DNA from: Lama guanicoe
Taxonomy: Eukaryota
DNA: 64,000 nt
Assembly (NCBI GenBank): GCA_013239625.1
Contig: MU053652.1
Coordinates: 1,116,001-1,180,000, forward strand
Direction of reading: 5' to 3'
In this document: in pieces, positions 25,030 through 38,431 of the stretch
Layout: each line of letters opens with the position of its first letter
Position numbering within the stretch: the first letter of the stretch is position 1
The notes under the pieces: model-generated
Told to the model about the DNA's origin: nothing
The model's database searches: none
Seen by the model: the letters and a program-made list of their open reading frames with translations, nothing else
Position numbers and translations under genes: made by a program

Positions 25030-25985
25030 CTGCTTCCAGCCAAGATGGACTAACAGGATAACAGGGATAAAATTCAATTTCCCACCTGAAACAAATAAAC
25101 AACAAAAACAGACAAAATATTTGAAACAATGGTTTTTAATTTTGGAATCTGCAGACCCTTGCCGGGTGCCTGGCTCAGTGTCAGTCTACTGTGTGAATGA
25201 AGTCTCCTTTATGAGGCCCCTTTTACTCAAGAGTCTCCAATATTAAGAGGTGAAAACTGGTATCATTTATTGAGTGCCCAGCTCAGACCAAGCCCTTGTC
25301 CTCGTTCTTTCTGTGTATTAGCTTATTCACTTGTCTGCAAGTTCTGAGGTGAGTATTAGCACTCTGCCTTCATTACCTAGATAAGAAAATCAATACACCG
25401 AGAGGCTAAAGCATTTCATCAAGGTTACGTGCTTAGAAACAACAGTTTTTAAGAAGCTAGAATAAGGCAATGAACAGTAATCTCTGAAAGATGAGAAACA
25501 AAGGAAGTGGGTCCTGCCATTGTCCCAATTTAATGTCTTGAGAGTTTCCAGGTTACTCTAGGGAGGGAGAGCCCAAGCAGAAGTTGGTGGACTCCCTGGG
25601 TTGAGGAAATGGAGCTAAGAGTCCAAGGAGACACAGGTGGCTAGGGTTTGCAGTACACAATACTGGGAAGGAAAGCACTGAAAAGATAGAGAACTCTGGA
25701 GATCTGCAGAGGGTCCCTGAGTATTCATTCAGCAGAGCGCTGATCAGTGCACACATGTGAGGAAACTACCTGAGATGGAGGAAAGAGCCATTTGGAAGAA
25801 GGAGAGGAAGCAGCACATGGCTCTCACGCAGGGCTGGGAACAGTACCTGTTCTCACCAGTCAGACTGGAAATCTAATTCACGGATAATCAGATAGAGTGC
25901 TTAGAAGGGTCTTGCCTCAGTAGCGAGGAATAATTAGTCCTAGACTAACCACTGCTCTGTTCTGCCTCAAAAAAATGTAAGGAAA
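25030..25985 (+). mobile_element. L1M 5' region (L1MD/L1M4-like), interrupted at 25140-25435
   Basis: cttccagccaagatgg...cccacctgaaacaa...gacaaaatatttgaaacaatggttttt, continuing to agagaactctggagatctgcagagggtcccctgagtattca. Confidence 0.75.
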
Positions 25986-28299
25986 GGGCAGAAAGGATCA
26001 CATGGTTCCTAAGCACTTCCTGTCTGAGTTGTGAGAGCCAGAGAGAGCCCTCAGGCAAAGAAAGGCAGGGCGGGCAGCAGGAGGTGGGATCAGTGCCCCT
26101 TGAAGTGGGGAAGGCAACCGGGTGGGCAAGCACCAACCACATTTGCCACATTGTGGGAGAGGAGTAGGTTGGGAAGGGTGGTGATGAACAACACAGGGAT
26201 GATCCTTTCCAAAGACACACCAAATCTTGGCCTCTATTCCGCTTAACAGATTTTCCTTCATTTATATTTCCTGAAGATGGGTGATGGGCCAATGCTGGCC
26301 AAAATGGTTTTTATTTTCACCCCTTTTTGCATGTCATGTATCAATGGTCTAGCGCTGCAGTTTAGAATGTAAGGTTATCTTGCACCTTTAATCATAAGTT
26401 GGGGTGCTTGAGTCAAAATTCTGAGACAGAAAGAGTCCCATGTTTACATCCTATTACAAATCCTTGTAATTCTTCACCTTTCACTGTTTTCTTTTGAGGT
26501 AACTTGGGGTAATCTCTTTGGAACCCAGAATCCAATTAAAGCATCTATATGTTGGTGAATAGGGTGTTAATTGTAGAAGAGGGAATAAGAGTTTAAATAT
26601 CTTTTAGAAATTATGGGAGCATTGGTGATATTTGAAGCATATGGCACAAGTTCTTTTGTTATTTCTCAAAGGGTGAAACAAATTTTAGTGAGAAAGGAAG
26701 TCTTGTCAATGCTGGGGTTGACTGTAGTCTGGATTCTGTACGACACCCATCTGTGCAGCAGCTCTCTTGCCCCTGGAAGCTCCAGTCCTACGCACAGTCC
26801 TCCCAGCTACCCAAGTAAGTAGTTCAGGGAAACTTTCCATCTCAAGTCCAAAACCAGAACATTGGAGAGATCATTTTCACAATCTGTTCAGATGTCAACA
26901 GTCCAGAACAACCCAATCCGCCAGAATCACTGGGCAAAAATAATGCTGTTACCCCCAACTGAGAGCTCATGTAACTTACATCGGAAGGTCTGGCAGTCCT
27001 AACTCTTGGGGCTGCGCAGTTAAATATCTGCAGTGTCTCTCATGGGCATCCCTCCAGCCCCAGTTCCTGTCTTCTTAGATGAGGACTCCATATGGCTTAT
27101 CTGAACCACCAAGAAGATTTTCTTGCCTCCCACCACTATGTTCCCTTTGTGATCTGTAGCCAGGGTCAGCCATTTCAAATGCCATTTCATCATTCCAGCC
27201 TCTTGTTCAGTATCTACCCTGGCTCTCATTTTTTATCCAAGACCACATCCTGGCTTTCAAAGTTCAGTCCTTCCTCATCTGTCTGAAATACCCTTTCCCT
27301 AACGTCCAATGTGTATCCCGTGCCCTCCCTCATCTGGTCTGTTGCCCAAACTCAGGATGCTTTTTCTTTCTCTCACATTGCATATGCTCTTCCCACTCCA
27401 TTCCTACCCTCTGCTGACACATCCACCTAATAACTAAATGAGATTATACATGTAGAAGAATCTTGTGCTCTCTTTGATCTAGTCAATCTCCACGTGTTGC
27501 TCCCCTCTCCCACAAACCTCATTGATCATCGTTTTGGGTCCCTTGGTCACGTGAAGCCCTCCATTTCAGATGAATGAGGCAGACAGGGAAACTGATTTTA
27601 AACTTTAATCAACAGGGTCTTCCAAATTGATCAAAGAGCCCCCAAGTCTGTTGCTCCTTCATCCCATTTAATTTTTCTCATAGCACGCATCCTCATTTGA
27701 AATTACCTTATTCATATACTTATTGATTATCGACCCCTCCCTACTAGGTTGTGAGCTCCACTGGGACATGCTTTACCCCCCAGTACCTGCGCTTGGCATG
27801 CAGCAGGTGCTCAAGAAATAGGAGTCGAATGAATGAATGGATCTATTTCATGAAGCCTTCTCTTATTAGGCTAGCTAGTGTTGATTTCTCTTTCCTGACT
27901 GCTAACTCAGTACCTTGTATTTGCCCCTTTGGTGATATCTTGTGTGGCAGCTTAAAAGTTGTCGGAACTTACTCTACTCATGTATCCCTTATTTCCCCAA
28001 CTAGATTTACTTCTTGTTGGTAGGAATTTAAGCTTGGTGACTGAGAGCACTGGGCTTGGAATAAGACGGAAGTAGATTTTAATTCTATTTATTAGCTCGG
28101 TGATTTTGAATAAGTTACTCAACCTTTCTGAACTGGGACAACGGAAAATCAGTACTTTCCTCAAAGGATCAGTGGAAGGATTCAGTGAGAAAGCATATGT
28201 GAAAGTGCTTGTTAGATTGAATGTCAGATACTTTCAATTTGAAAAAAATACATACAGAAAATTTAATATATACTGATATGCATTTTAATGTATATATTA

Positions 28300-28420
28300 T
28301 AAAATATAGGGAACTATATTTAGTATCTTGTAATTACCTATAATAAAAAATATATAACTAAGTCACTATGCTGTACACCAGAAACTAACACATTATACAT
28401 CAACTATACTTCAATAAAAT
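28300..28420 (+). mobile_element. Short L1 3' tail in AT-rich sequence
   Basis: gggaactatatttagtatcttgtaat...gctgtacaccagaaactaacaca...tacttcaataaaa. Confidence 0.8.
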
Positions 28421-29367
28421 ATACATATAATGTATGTTTTAGTATACATTATATATTATTTAAAAAGTATATATTTTTGAAAAGCAAATACTGTAACAAC
28501 CATGTACTCACCACTCAAAATTAACATTTCATCATTTTTTTCAGATGTAAAATAAATAATACATTATAAATAAACATAGGTATATCCCCTGGTGTAAAAT
28601 GTTATGTCTAGGATTATGATTTCCACCCAGAAGTCCTCCTTGAGGACAACAATCATGTCAGATACTTTTCCCATTCCTGCCTTCTTCTGGTCCAGTCCTT
28701 CTAGAACAGTTGATGGTACAGGTGCTGTAGGAATACTTGCTAAATTAACTGGAAATGATAGTTTATGCATACTGTAGGGATCTGATTTAAAGAGGCTTCT
28801 TGGTTTTCAGAGCCAGGAAAAATCTGCAGTGTTTCTAGATCATGTATGAAAGATTTTATTAAGGTTATCAACCCTGTGGCAAAGGCAAAGATGAAGTCTC
28901 TCCCTGTGAGATCTCAGAGAAACAATATCATTTAGAAAGGAAGCAAATGGGGGGATGGGACTCACATCCACTCCACCCAGAAAGCCTAAACAGCAGCATC
29001 CAGCCAGCTAAGAGGAGTTAGAACGACTTCTAGCAAGGAAGAGATGATTAAAAAGATGCCAGTCCATGGAAGGCAGTCTCCTTTTGTGAATCAAATCAGA
29101 GGTAACAGGATTCTGGGTGCTGGGTGTCGCCAACCTAGATGGCCCCCCACTGAATGGAACCAGCACCAGAGCTGATCCGACTCTCGCTGTCACCACTCCC
29201 TTCCTAACACAACATACCTTGGCCTTCTTTGAGTTCAGGCTTCTCGCCTTCCTAATGAATTGCTCCAAAGAGTTGAGCTCTCAAGTCCTCCCTGTAAATT
29301 CTAAAAATCGTGATATTCTGAGTCCAGTGTACTAATGAGCAGTCTGGCTCCCTCATAGTTTAAAGTT

Positions 29368-29850
29368 GCATAGTTATTAATTTCCATGTAATGAAATATC
29401 CCCAAACTTAGTAGCTTTAAAAACCAAACATTTGTTGTCTCCTAGCTCAGCTTTCTCACAAGGTGACAGGAAAGGTATGGTCAGGGGCTGCCTTTAGCTG
29501 AAGGCTGGACAGATGGAGCATCTGTGTCCAAACTCAGTCAGGTAGCTGTTGGCAGGTCTCAGGTCCTCGTTGGCTGGTGGTAGAGACAAGGATTAAGAAG
29601 GAGAAGGAAGGAGAGGAAAGGGGAAGAGGGAAAGGTGAGAGATGGAGGAAGTTAAGAGGAGGGAGTACCCAAGATGGAAGCCACAGTCTTTTTTCTGAAT
29701 TAATCCCAGAAGTGACATCCTTTCACCTCTGCCCTATTCTCATTAAAAGGAAGTGAATAAATCCAGCTCACACTCAATGAGGGAAGAGATTGCCAAAAGC
29801 ATGAGAACCAGAGGGTGGGCATCACTGGGGCCAAGGATGCCAACCATAAA
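29368..29850 (-). mobile_element. MLT1-type (ERVL-MaLR) LTR
   Basis: ccccaaacttagtagctttaaaa...caagatggaagccacagtctttt...gaagtgacatcctttcacctctgcc. Confidence 0.75.
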
Positions 29851-29933
29851 ATGGAAATGGAAACGAGATTGGATGGAGGCACAGACAGGAGCAGGAGGAA
29901 TTTACCCGATGAGGTCAGTGATGCGGATACAGG

Positions 29934-30047
29934 TAGGGTGACCAATTTAGCCTGGTTTACTTGAGACTTCCTTGTTTTCAGTACTGCAAGCTCTGCATCC
30001 CAGGAAATGCCCCAGTCCGTGGCACATTGGGACAGCTGGTCAACCTA
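29934..30047. mobile_element. MER81-like hAT-Blackjack MITE, 114 bp
   Basis: Terminal inverted repeats TAGGGTGACCA ... TGGTCAACCTA; interior resembles MER81. Confidence 0.8.
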
Positions 30048-31701
30048 TGGGTGTTCTGATGATTGCTAGTTCTCTGTTCCAGGTATGCTCTGTCGGTATG
30101 GAGGAGCTGCTTTTGCAGATAGAGCCAATATCACCCAGGGGACAGGGTCTACACTAAAATGGGCCATGCATGACTTGCCATAATGAGTGTTCCTCATTTG
30201 GCAGCCTGTGTCTTCCCCGGGAAGGCCTTCTTGCAGAATGGTATACAGTTTATTGTGTCATGCAGGGCATTGTTGCTAATGCTACTTTGGCTGGCACTGG
30301 GGCTGGTGGATATTGGCATGTCATCCTGCAGAGAAGGCACTGTGCCATCGTGACAGATGGATTCGTGTGCTGGCATGTCGTGGAATCAACAGGTCCATCA
30401 ATATAAAAGAGGTGGGTTTCAGAAAGTCGAACTCAGATCGAATTATCCCAGGAGACTTAAGGATAGTGTCAAGGCAGTGCTAAGAGCTTTGAAATTATTT
30501 GAGGTGAATTTTCTGAAAACCAAATGAAGTAGATCAATGTCCTTCGAAAGGCTTTGCAAAAGAATTTGACATCAAAGAAAAGTTCCACCTACCCTTGGTT
30601 TTTTTTTTTTTTTTTCTCTTAGTGGCAATGAATGCCCAGACGGAAGATCATCTCCTTCTGATCATGACCATGATAAATCAGAGCAAAACAGAAAGGGAAA
30701 AAGAGGAAGAGAAATAAAATCCTCCGAATCTAATTAGACTTTCAGTTCTGCTTCTGCTTTGCCTATTTATTTGTTGCCCGTGCAGCTAAATCAGGTGTCA
30801 AGTTAATAGAAAAATTATTTGGTGAAATCTCCTTTAAGAAACACTTTTGCTGAAAATAAGAAAAGATATACCACAATGTTTAATTTTTTACCTGAGAATC
30901 CTTCTCCTTCTACTAGAATGTGGTTCGATTTACCATTGTGACTATAATTTTCTATGTTTTCCTTAGAAATCTTGGGAAGTACCCTCTCAGTGAAGAGAAC
31001 TAATGCCAGAAATAATAGGAAAGGGATGATTGTTAGTTTCAATGCAATGTTTCTCTTAGTAACAAGAACGGTGGGGAGAAAGGGTAATATGCCAAGGACT
31101 GCACTAAGTGGATGTGGATATGCTGATCAGCCAGCAGCTCAGGTGTTTGGAGGTTATATCCAGATTTCCTTGGGCTGCGATGGGGAAGGGAGACAAAGAT
31201 TGCAGGTAGAAACCACTAGAAGTTGTGAGACTAGGAAGGGAATCACAGAGTCTCATCAAGGATGGTACAATTGCACAGGGTCTATTAATTATTCTCTCTA
31301 ATGCTTTCTCATCTATAAGCCCACCTTGCAGAGGAGGCAGGAAAGGTGTTAGTAACCACATTTTATCTAGGAAAAAGGGGTAAAGAGACTTCCTCCGCAT
31401 ATCTGAACTCCCAGCCGGTATCTGATCCCTGCACCCAGAAGTCCTCACCAGAACATGATCCTAGCAGAGCTGAATCATGTATCATTCAGTGTAAGTAACC
31501 CATATGTTGGCACTTAATATCCATTAAACAACCCCCTCCATATAATGTGACAAATGAAAAAATGTCATTTTCTTTTTTTTCCCCGAATCGATTTTTAATG
31601 TTGTTTTAGATAAAATGCACAATTCAATGGCATTTGACTTTGAGTCAGAAAATAGATCTACGTTTAATGCCACTATCCAATTATTATTAGGCTTTCTCCC
31701 C

Positions 31702-31828
31702 ATTTTCTTTTTTTGTGGGGGGAGGTGATTCAATTTATTCATTTATTTTAATGGAAGGACAGGGGATTGAACCCAGGACTTCGTGCGTGCTAAGTACACA
31801 CTCTACCGCTGAGCTATACCCTCCCCTC
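31702..31828 (-). mobile_element. tRNA-Ala-derived SINE (vic-1-like)
   Basis: ggggattgaacccaggac...tgctaag...ctctaccgctgagctataccctcccc preceded by a T-rich tail. Confidence 0.88.
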
Positions 31829-31834
31829 TACCTG

Positions 31835-32140
31835 TATTCTTATTGAGTATAATAGACATATAACATTATGTTAGTTTCAGACGTACAACATAATGACTGG
31901 TATTTGTATATACTGCAAAACGACCACCACAATAAGTCTAACTAATATCCACTACCAGTACGTAGTTACAGACTTTTTCTTGCGATAAGAAATTTCAAGA
32001 TCTACCCCTTTAGCAACTCTCAAGTACAGTATTATTAACTAGAGTCACCACATTGTACATCACATCCCCATGACTTATTCATTTTAAACTGAAAGTCTGT
32101 ACCTTTTGACCACCCCCATGTCATTTTTCAATCCCCCTCT
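31835..32140 (-). mobile_element. L1MA-type 3' UTR fragment
   Basis: ttattgagtataatagacatataacattatgttagtttcag...ttttaaactgaaagtctgtacctttt. Confidence 0.8.
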
Positions 32141-33939
32141 CTTCTAAGAAAGATGGATGCCAAGAAGTTTCTTTAGTGAGGATGCAAATTGAAGGACATA
32201 AGAGAAGTGCTACAAGGGAGCCAGGGAGATGGTGATGCTGAACTCCATGTAGCTTCATGGGAAAGCCAGGTGCCTGCATCCTGAGAGGATGTTAGAAGGA
32301 TCTTGATAAAATTTTGCTGAGCAGAACTCTAGGATAGCTCTCCCCTCTGCCTTATCACAAAATCTGCACAAATGAAGGCAGTTTACCAGGGCTTTTGGAG
32401 TTTGAATTCTTTTAGACGGACTTGTTGGTCTGTTGTGCTCCTCAGGGGCTGGGAGGATGCAGTAAAGTGTTGAGGTGACCCCTGGGGGAGCACTGAGACT
32501 GAGCATGGACACGGCCCACATCGAGGAGATCACCCTCTGTCACCCTGGAGAACTAAATCAGCTCAGTGGCTTGAGGCATTAGACACAGTCAGAAACAATG
32601 CCATAGAGCCATAGACATGCTCAGGAAATAAGGGCATTCATGTATTTATTTTAGAGAGTCGTTTAGGGTGACAAGCACTCTTGGATACTGTAGCTCAGAA
32701 GTAGGAAGAAATAGGACAGCATTCTGAAAGTTTGTCATTGGGATGTCTTCTGATTGACCTTAGATGGAGAACAGCAGGACAAAGTACCAAGAGCCCCTCC
32801 AATTCCTATTTTCTCTGTTCCTTTTCCTGATGGTGTGTTAGTTGTATGAAGGGAAATGATGAAACCTTGCCCCGACCCATTCAATTATTTTTTTTGCCAC
32901 CTCTGGTCCTGAATCTACTGAACTAACACTTTGATCACCAAAGCTTAAAAATACCATATGGTATTAACCTGTACTTAAAAATCGAGCAAGTCAAACACAT
33001 TAGCAACAGAAGCTTGAAATACGCCTTTGCACCAGTCTCTTACTGAGAAAATAACCTTTTGCGGTTGCTGGCAATTAATCAATTTGCTATTCTGTGTGGG
33101 ATTCTGAGGCACCTATGGATTCCATAGGCTGGTAGCACACTGCATTTATTCTGAGTCACATTCGGTTCTCTACCAGTCCTGGACCACAGCTGAACCAGAA
33201 CGGAAGGGGTGCTGCCCAGGTGAGAGGATGTGCTCAGCATTGGGATGGACTCACACTGCCACCCCGCCCCCCACGGCCTGAGTAGCAGAGAAATCATGGG
33301 CTTCCGCGTACCGTTGAGACATCTGTGTCTATGGCAGCAAAACCCCATACTCATTCCCTCAGCTTTTGGACTCATTGCAGGAATCTCATTATGAACTCAT
33401 TTCATCTCTCTGGGGAACAAGCTGATAGCAGACACTGTTAAAATTATATTTCAGTGTCTTGAACCTATTTAAAGTCGACTGCTGGGAGGTTATTATCATT
33501 TCTGTCATTAAAAGTGGAAACAATGCTAACAATGGTAATATTTTTATTGGGCACTCAAGTCACAAATATTTATTGAATAAGCAGTATGTCTACCTAGCAC
33601 TATTGGAGCCTCTATAGCTTGGTACTATAGCTTGGTACCATGCCCCTGTCTCAAGAAATTTACACCATAGTTGGCAGACAAGATGTCCTTTAAAATATTT
33701 TTAGTAGAGTTAGGCTGTGTTGTGGAGAGATTCAGCCCAGAGATACAGAAGACCTGGATTCTAGCTTTGACCCCACCATTTATTTACTGTGTGACATGCA
33801 GCAAACTCTGTGATCCTCAGTATCCTTATTAACCGAGTGATAGGTTTATCCTTTACTATAGATTCACCAAATACTTATTGAGCATGTATGTGTCGAGCAT
33901 CATACTGGGGTTATAGAAATAAAATAATCTACACTTGAG

Positions 33940-34083
33940 GGGGGAGGTATCAGCTCAGTGGTAGAGCACGTGCTTAGCATGCACAAGGTCCTGGGTTCAA
34001 TCTCTAGTCCCTCCATTTTAATTAATTAATTAATTAACCTAATTACCCCCCAAGAATAAAAATAAATAAATAAAAAATTTAAA
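33940..34083 (+). mobile_element. tRNA-Ala-derived SINE (vic-1-like) with TSD
   Basis: gctcagtggtagagcacgtgcttagcatgcacaaggtcctgggttcaatc; TSD aatctacacttgag (33926-33939) / aatccacacttgag (34084-34097). Confidence 0.92.
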
Positions 34084-34149
34084 AATCCACACTTGAGTGG
34101 GAGCAGCAGAAAAGTCCATAGATGATTACAATATTCTAGACAAAGTAAT

Positions 34150-34730
34150 ATAAGATTCGTTCTTTCAATCTTTTGTGTACTTGCTTAGCACCTACTATGT
34201 GCTCTGTCCTCTTTAGGTGCTTGGGATACATCAGTGAACAAAATGGGCAAATGTTTCCTACTTTCATGGAGCTTAGCAGGGAGAGGACAGAAAATAAATA
34301 TTAACAAGTAAAAAGTAAAAAAGTTAATGGTATGCCTGAAGGTTTTGCATGAGGAAGAGAAAGTAAAATAAAAAGAGGGTAAGTAGGAGGAAGAGGAGGA
34401 AGGGGTGAGGATCACTGAGAAGGGGATTTTTGAGCAAAAGCTCAAAGGAAATGAGGGAGTTAATCAAGCAAATATCTGGGGAAAGAGGATTCTAGGTAGA
34501 TGGTCCAGCCAATTCAAGGTCCTGACAGCCAGGCCTTCAGTATTTGAGGGATGGTGAGGAGGCCAGCATGTCTGGAGCAGGTGAGCAAGGGGCAGATGAG
34601 TAGGTGAGGACAGAGAGGTGTGTGTCTGGTGGGGCCGACTGTGTCAGTTCCTGCGGGATCCTGGATGGATGGCTATTGGCTCTTAACTGCAAAATGGGAG
34701 GCTTTGGGAGGGTTCTAAGCAGAGGAGATT
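34150..34730 (-). mobile_element. L2 LINE 3' fragment
   Basis: gcacctactatgtgc...gggatacatcagtgaacaaaa...catggagctta followed by a purine-rich L2 body. Confidence 0.75.
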
Positions 34731-34904
34731 AATCTCTCGCTTGTGAGTGGAAGTGATGGGTGCCATTTCTGATACTATTTGCATATTCATCCACCAGTTC
34801 TTGAACACCTACTGTGTGCCCACTGCTGTGCTTGCAGCAGTGAGTGAAACAGACCAAGCGCTTGCTTTTAAGGACCCGATCTTCTAGTGTAGCGGACGTA
34901 GATG

Positions 34905-35063
34905 GACAAAACATTTTTTTCACCCCATGTTATTTCTGAATCTGGGAGGTGCCATATAACTGATGGTAGGTCATGCTTAATGGGCAATATTTTTTTTCTG
35001 AGTAGCCTATAAAATAATAGCATGTCTTACAATTGATGACATCTTCGATTTGATGAAATATAG
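34905..35063. mobile_element. MER104-like TcMar DNA transposon
   Basis: ataaaataatagcatgtcttacaattgatgacatcttcgatttgatgaaatatag resembles the MER104 end. Confidence 0.7.
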
Positions 35064-35449
35064 TTATAGGTTATAATAGTCACTATAGTATAAAAAATGA
35101 CTATTGATTTAACCAAAAGTTCTGTTATCCTGTGTTGGTGTATTGGAGATGAATGATGGCATACATGATGTAAATGAGCTAAATTCTCCTTTGTCATTGT
35201 GGGAAGTCAATGGATAATGTTTAAAATGGAAATCATAGGATATACATACTATTTTAAAACATTGAGGTAAGTACTCAGGGAATTAGAAGAATGGAGAGTG
35301 ATTGCCTCTCTGACAGAGGTGGAGAAGGATTGGGCAGGGGGTGGCTGTTTACCAGCAGAAGCATTTTCATTCCTTTTTACTTTCAACCATGTAATACATT
35401 TCTATGATTAAAATATAAACTAAAAAATGTTTAAAGTGGCTGTTTATGG

Positions 35450-35850
35450 GTGTTAGGTTATGTCCCCTAAAACCAGAGGCTGACAAGGATTCAGGTACCT
35501 GGGACTTACTGAGCTCCTTGGGAGAACCGTGTAAGGAAGCAAGTGCAGTGGGTTAAGGAGAGGGGAGGAGCTGAGATAGGAAGTGGCTTCAGCTAAAGTC
35601 TAGCCTTGGTGGATCCATGGAAAGCTCTAGGTCATAGGTTGCTCTGCAGAGCTGTCCCACCTTGAGGCAGGAGGACTGTATCATTTGGTCAGTGACTGAC
35701 TCCTGGGTGGAATGTGACTTCTTAGGTATCTCAGGGTGAAGATGCTTTGTCAACCAAGGGTATAGGCATGTCATTAGCATAACCCTATGGCAGCTAGGGA
35801 ATGGATGTGTCAGCTGGAAAGGTGCACCTCTGGGTGGGGCATCAACAGTG
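35450..35850 (-). mobile_element. LTR16-like ERVL LTR
   Basis: gtcccctaaaaccagaggctgacaaggattc...gagctgtcccaccttgaggcagg. Confidence 0.55.
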
Positions 35851-35885
35851 TTTACTCTCCATGCCATGAATCTGAAGGATAAATG

Positions 35886-36390
35886 CACTAGTCAGGGTTC
35901 TTTGGGTTGTAAGTAACAGAAACCTGTCCCCGACTAACCTAAGGGAAAACAAGGCAGGGGGAGGGTTTTATTGACTCACTTAAAGTCAGATTTGGCTACA
36001 TCCAGGGCTCAAAGAATGTCACAAGGGCTCCATCCATCTCTCCCTCTCTCATGTAGGCTTTTGGTGTGATAATCATGACATCCCACAGCCCAAGATTCCC
36101 ATCCTGCTGGATTAGCAATTTCAGTGGGAAAAGAAGGATTCTTGTAGCCCTGGCAGAAAAGCACCAGGAGGTTGCTGAGTGACTCCTGGACTGTATACCT
36201 CTCCCCGAACCAACCACTCCGGGCCTTGGGTGGGAGGGAAAGTGGCAGAGTACTCCGACTGTGGTGAGATTCAGGGGCGACTGTATCCCAACCACATCTG
36301 GGGGAGGAATTTCCCCATGGGAAAGAGGAATTCTATTACTGGAAGAAGAAAGAGATGTTAAGTGGGCAAAAACCCAACAGTGGTCCACAA
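35886..36390 (-). mobile_element. Old MLT1-type LTR
   Basis: Starts tagtcagggttctttgggttgtaagtaacagaaacc. Confidence 0.55.
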
Positions 36391-36945
36391 TCATCTATTT
36401 TCTTAATTCTTCTTGTTCTCCTGTGGCCAGAACCTTTGTATCAGAGAGGAGGCGATTTCACTCCCTTATTCACTCTGCTTCAGGAGTACTTTCAACTTCC
36501 CTAACCTTAGCTGCCATCTTGAAGAAGCCCAGGGACCAACGTGAAGTAGTATTTGTGACTCTGCTTAGTTCATCTCAATTCTACTTTATGCCGAGGAAGT
36601 CTGGGGAGAGCAGAGGGCTTGTGGAAGGTCAAACTACAAGTAAAAGGAAATTTTGACTCAGTGGTAAGACAATAAATTCCATAGCTATGAGGTCTTGAAT
36701 CAGGATGTTGTGACCTTTTCGGTCTTCAAGTTGTGTGCTCTGCTAGCCTGGTTATTCACACGAGTCGAGAGGCGCCGGAGGGGCAGGACGGATGAAATGT
36801 TCTGTTGTGATGCTTTCAGCAAATACAGTTTGTGAAACAGGCCTTGTGCTTCTTGTTCTTAAACATTAAAACTACGCTTTAATGGAATAGAGGATGACAT
36901 TTCAGAAAAGAACACATTAATTCACTTCTTCCACAATGGATTATG

Positions 36946-36992
36946 TATTTCACACTCACATGAATATTTCACACTCACATGAATATTTCACA
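36946..36992. repeat. 19-bp tandem duplication (tatttcacactcacatgaa x about 2.5)
   Basis: Perfect units start at 36946 and 36965; partial unit at 36984. Confidence 0.9.
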
Positions 36993-37269
36993 GCTCAGAA
37001 TCAATAAGCCACTTTTCGTAAACGAACATTACACTTTTCATCAAAATTAGATTCAGATTTAGACCTTAAACACCAACTGGCCTAACATTTTGCACCTCCA
37101 AACCTGTCTCAAGTTCAAGTCTGGACCTTGTGGACATAATAGGAAAAAGTAAAAATTGAATCTTAAGAAAGTCATTATGTACACTGGGGGAAGAGTTAAT
37201 ACCAAAAGGCAAGATGATGAGGAAGTGGCAAATGCTCCATGATGACAGCAAACCAGCCATGGAGATATT

Positions 37270-37460
37270 AGCATTGGAGCAACAGTGTGGGCCTCAGGGC
37301 ATCGCATCAGAATCACTGGGGTTGCTCATAGAAGAGGCAGATGCCTGAGGCCCCACCCCAAACCTAATGTGAGTTACCATCTCTGGCTGTAGGGGTAGGT
37401 ATTTACCTGTTTAAGAAATATCCACGTGATTCTGGTGCACGTTAATGCTTAGAACTGCCA
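37270..37460. mobile_element. MER5-like hAT-Charlie element
   Basis: gcatcagaatcactggg...gcagatgcctgaggccccacccc...gtgattctggtgcac. Confidence 0.7.
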
Positions 37461-38431
37461 CCTGAAACAGAAAGCCACCAGACTAGGTAGAACTCTCTCT
37501 TTAGCACACAACAGTACCTAGCACTTCATAGACACTTAAATTTTAAGGCCACTTTGGAGTGCTAAACCTTGGTATGGACAGATAAAGAAATTAACAATGC
37601 AATTGCGATGTTATTCTTCATAATACGATCACTTCATAGAAGGGGGCAAGAAATGCTCAGCACAAAGTTAGTATTTTTAAAGGGAATGCCTATTTGATCA
37701 GAAAATCCCTTCCTCAAGTTTCAAAGAATAAAAGAAATGAAAGGGTTGAGAGGACCTCAAAGTATATGTCTTTGCAAAGTATATTTAAAGTATCACTTGG
37801 GTATTCAAACTTTCTGCTAGCCAGCATCACAAGAATTTGTAAAAAATAAAAAAGCTTTTACACAATAGCTCTGGCTCAGAGTAGTGCCAAGTCAAAGAAA
37901 TATTCATGATGAAAATGCTACCTGGTCACAAGGTTACCCCACTGAGTTCCTGCCAACATGAGGGAGGGGAACGGAAGTGGACAGCCTTCTCCCTTACTTA
38001 CCTCCAATATGATCTCCTACTGGCAGTTCTAGAGGAAAGTGGATTTTATTTCCATTTTGTGGGGGTTTATAATTTCTAACTCAACTTCAGCCCACTGTCA
38101 CAGTCCAAATTCTCTTTGGATAAATTCCAGCTCGGATAAAAAGAAAGCTTCTGGTCAATACATATTTTTAAAAATTTCTGATTCTGCCATTCTGCTCCAC
38201 TGTGGGAACTTGGTTTCTGCACTCGGTACAATTTTCATTTTCAGTAGTGATAACTTGAGTTACGTATGGAGTGAGCAAGGCAAGGCACACCAAGGTCAAA
38301 GACAACACTTTTGTGCTTACAAGTCTTTCTTCCACACTGTGGTCAGTTCGTTTTACTAAGGAGAAGATGATCTGGTCTAAGAGGGAGCTCAGTGAGTGTT
38401 ATGAGAATGAATAAACAAGAAATCAACTGCA

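Noticed and set aside
30050..30410. Possible exon or pseudogene fragment (several short ORFs)
   Set aside because: No recognisable protein in the translated frames and no convincing splice pair or poly-A/TSD.
33940..34015. Functional tRNA-Ala genes at the SINE heads (also 13792, 20503, 31702) and tRNA-Ile at 62320
   Set aside because: Stems are degenerate; the Ala-like copies have A-rich tails and mostly TSDs, so they are retroposed SINEs.
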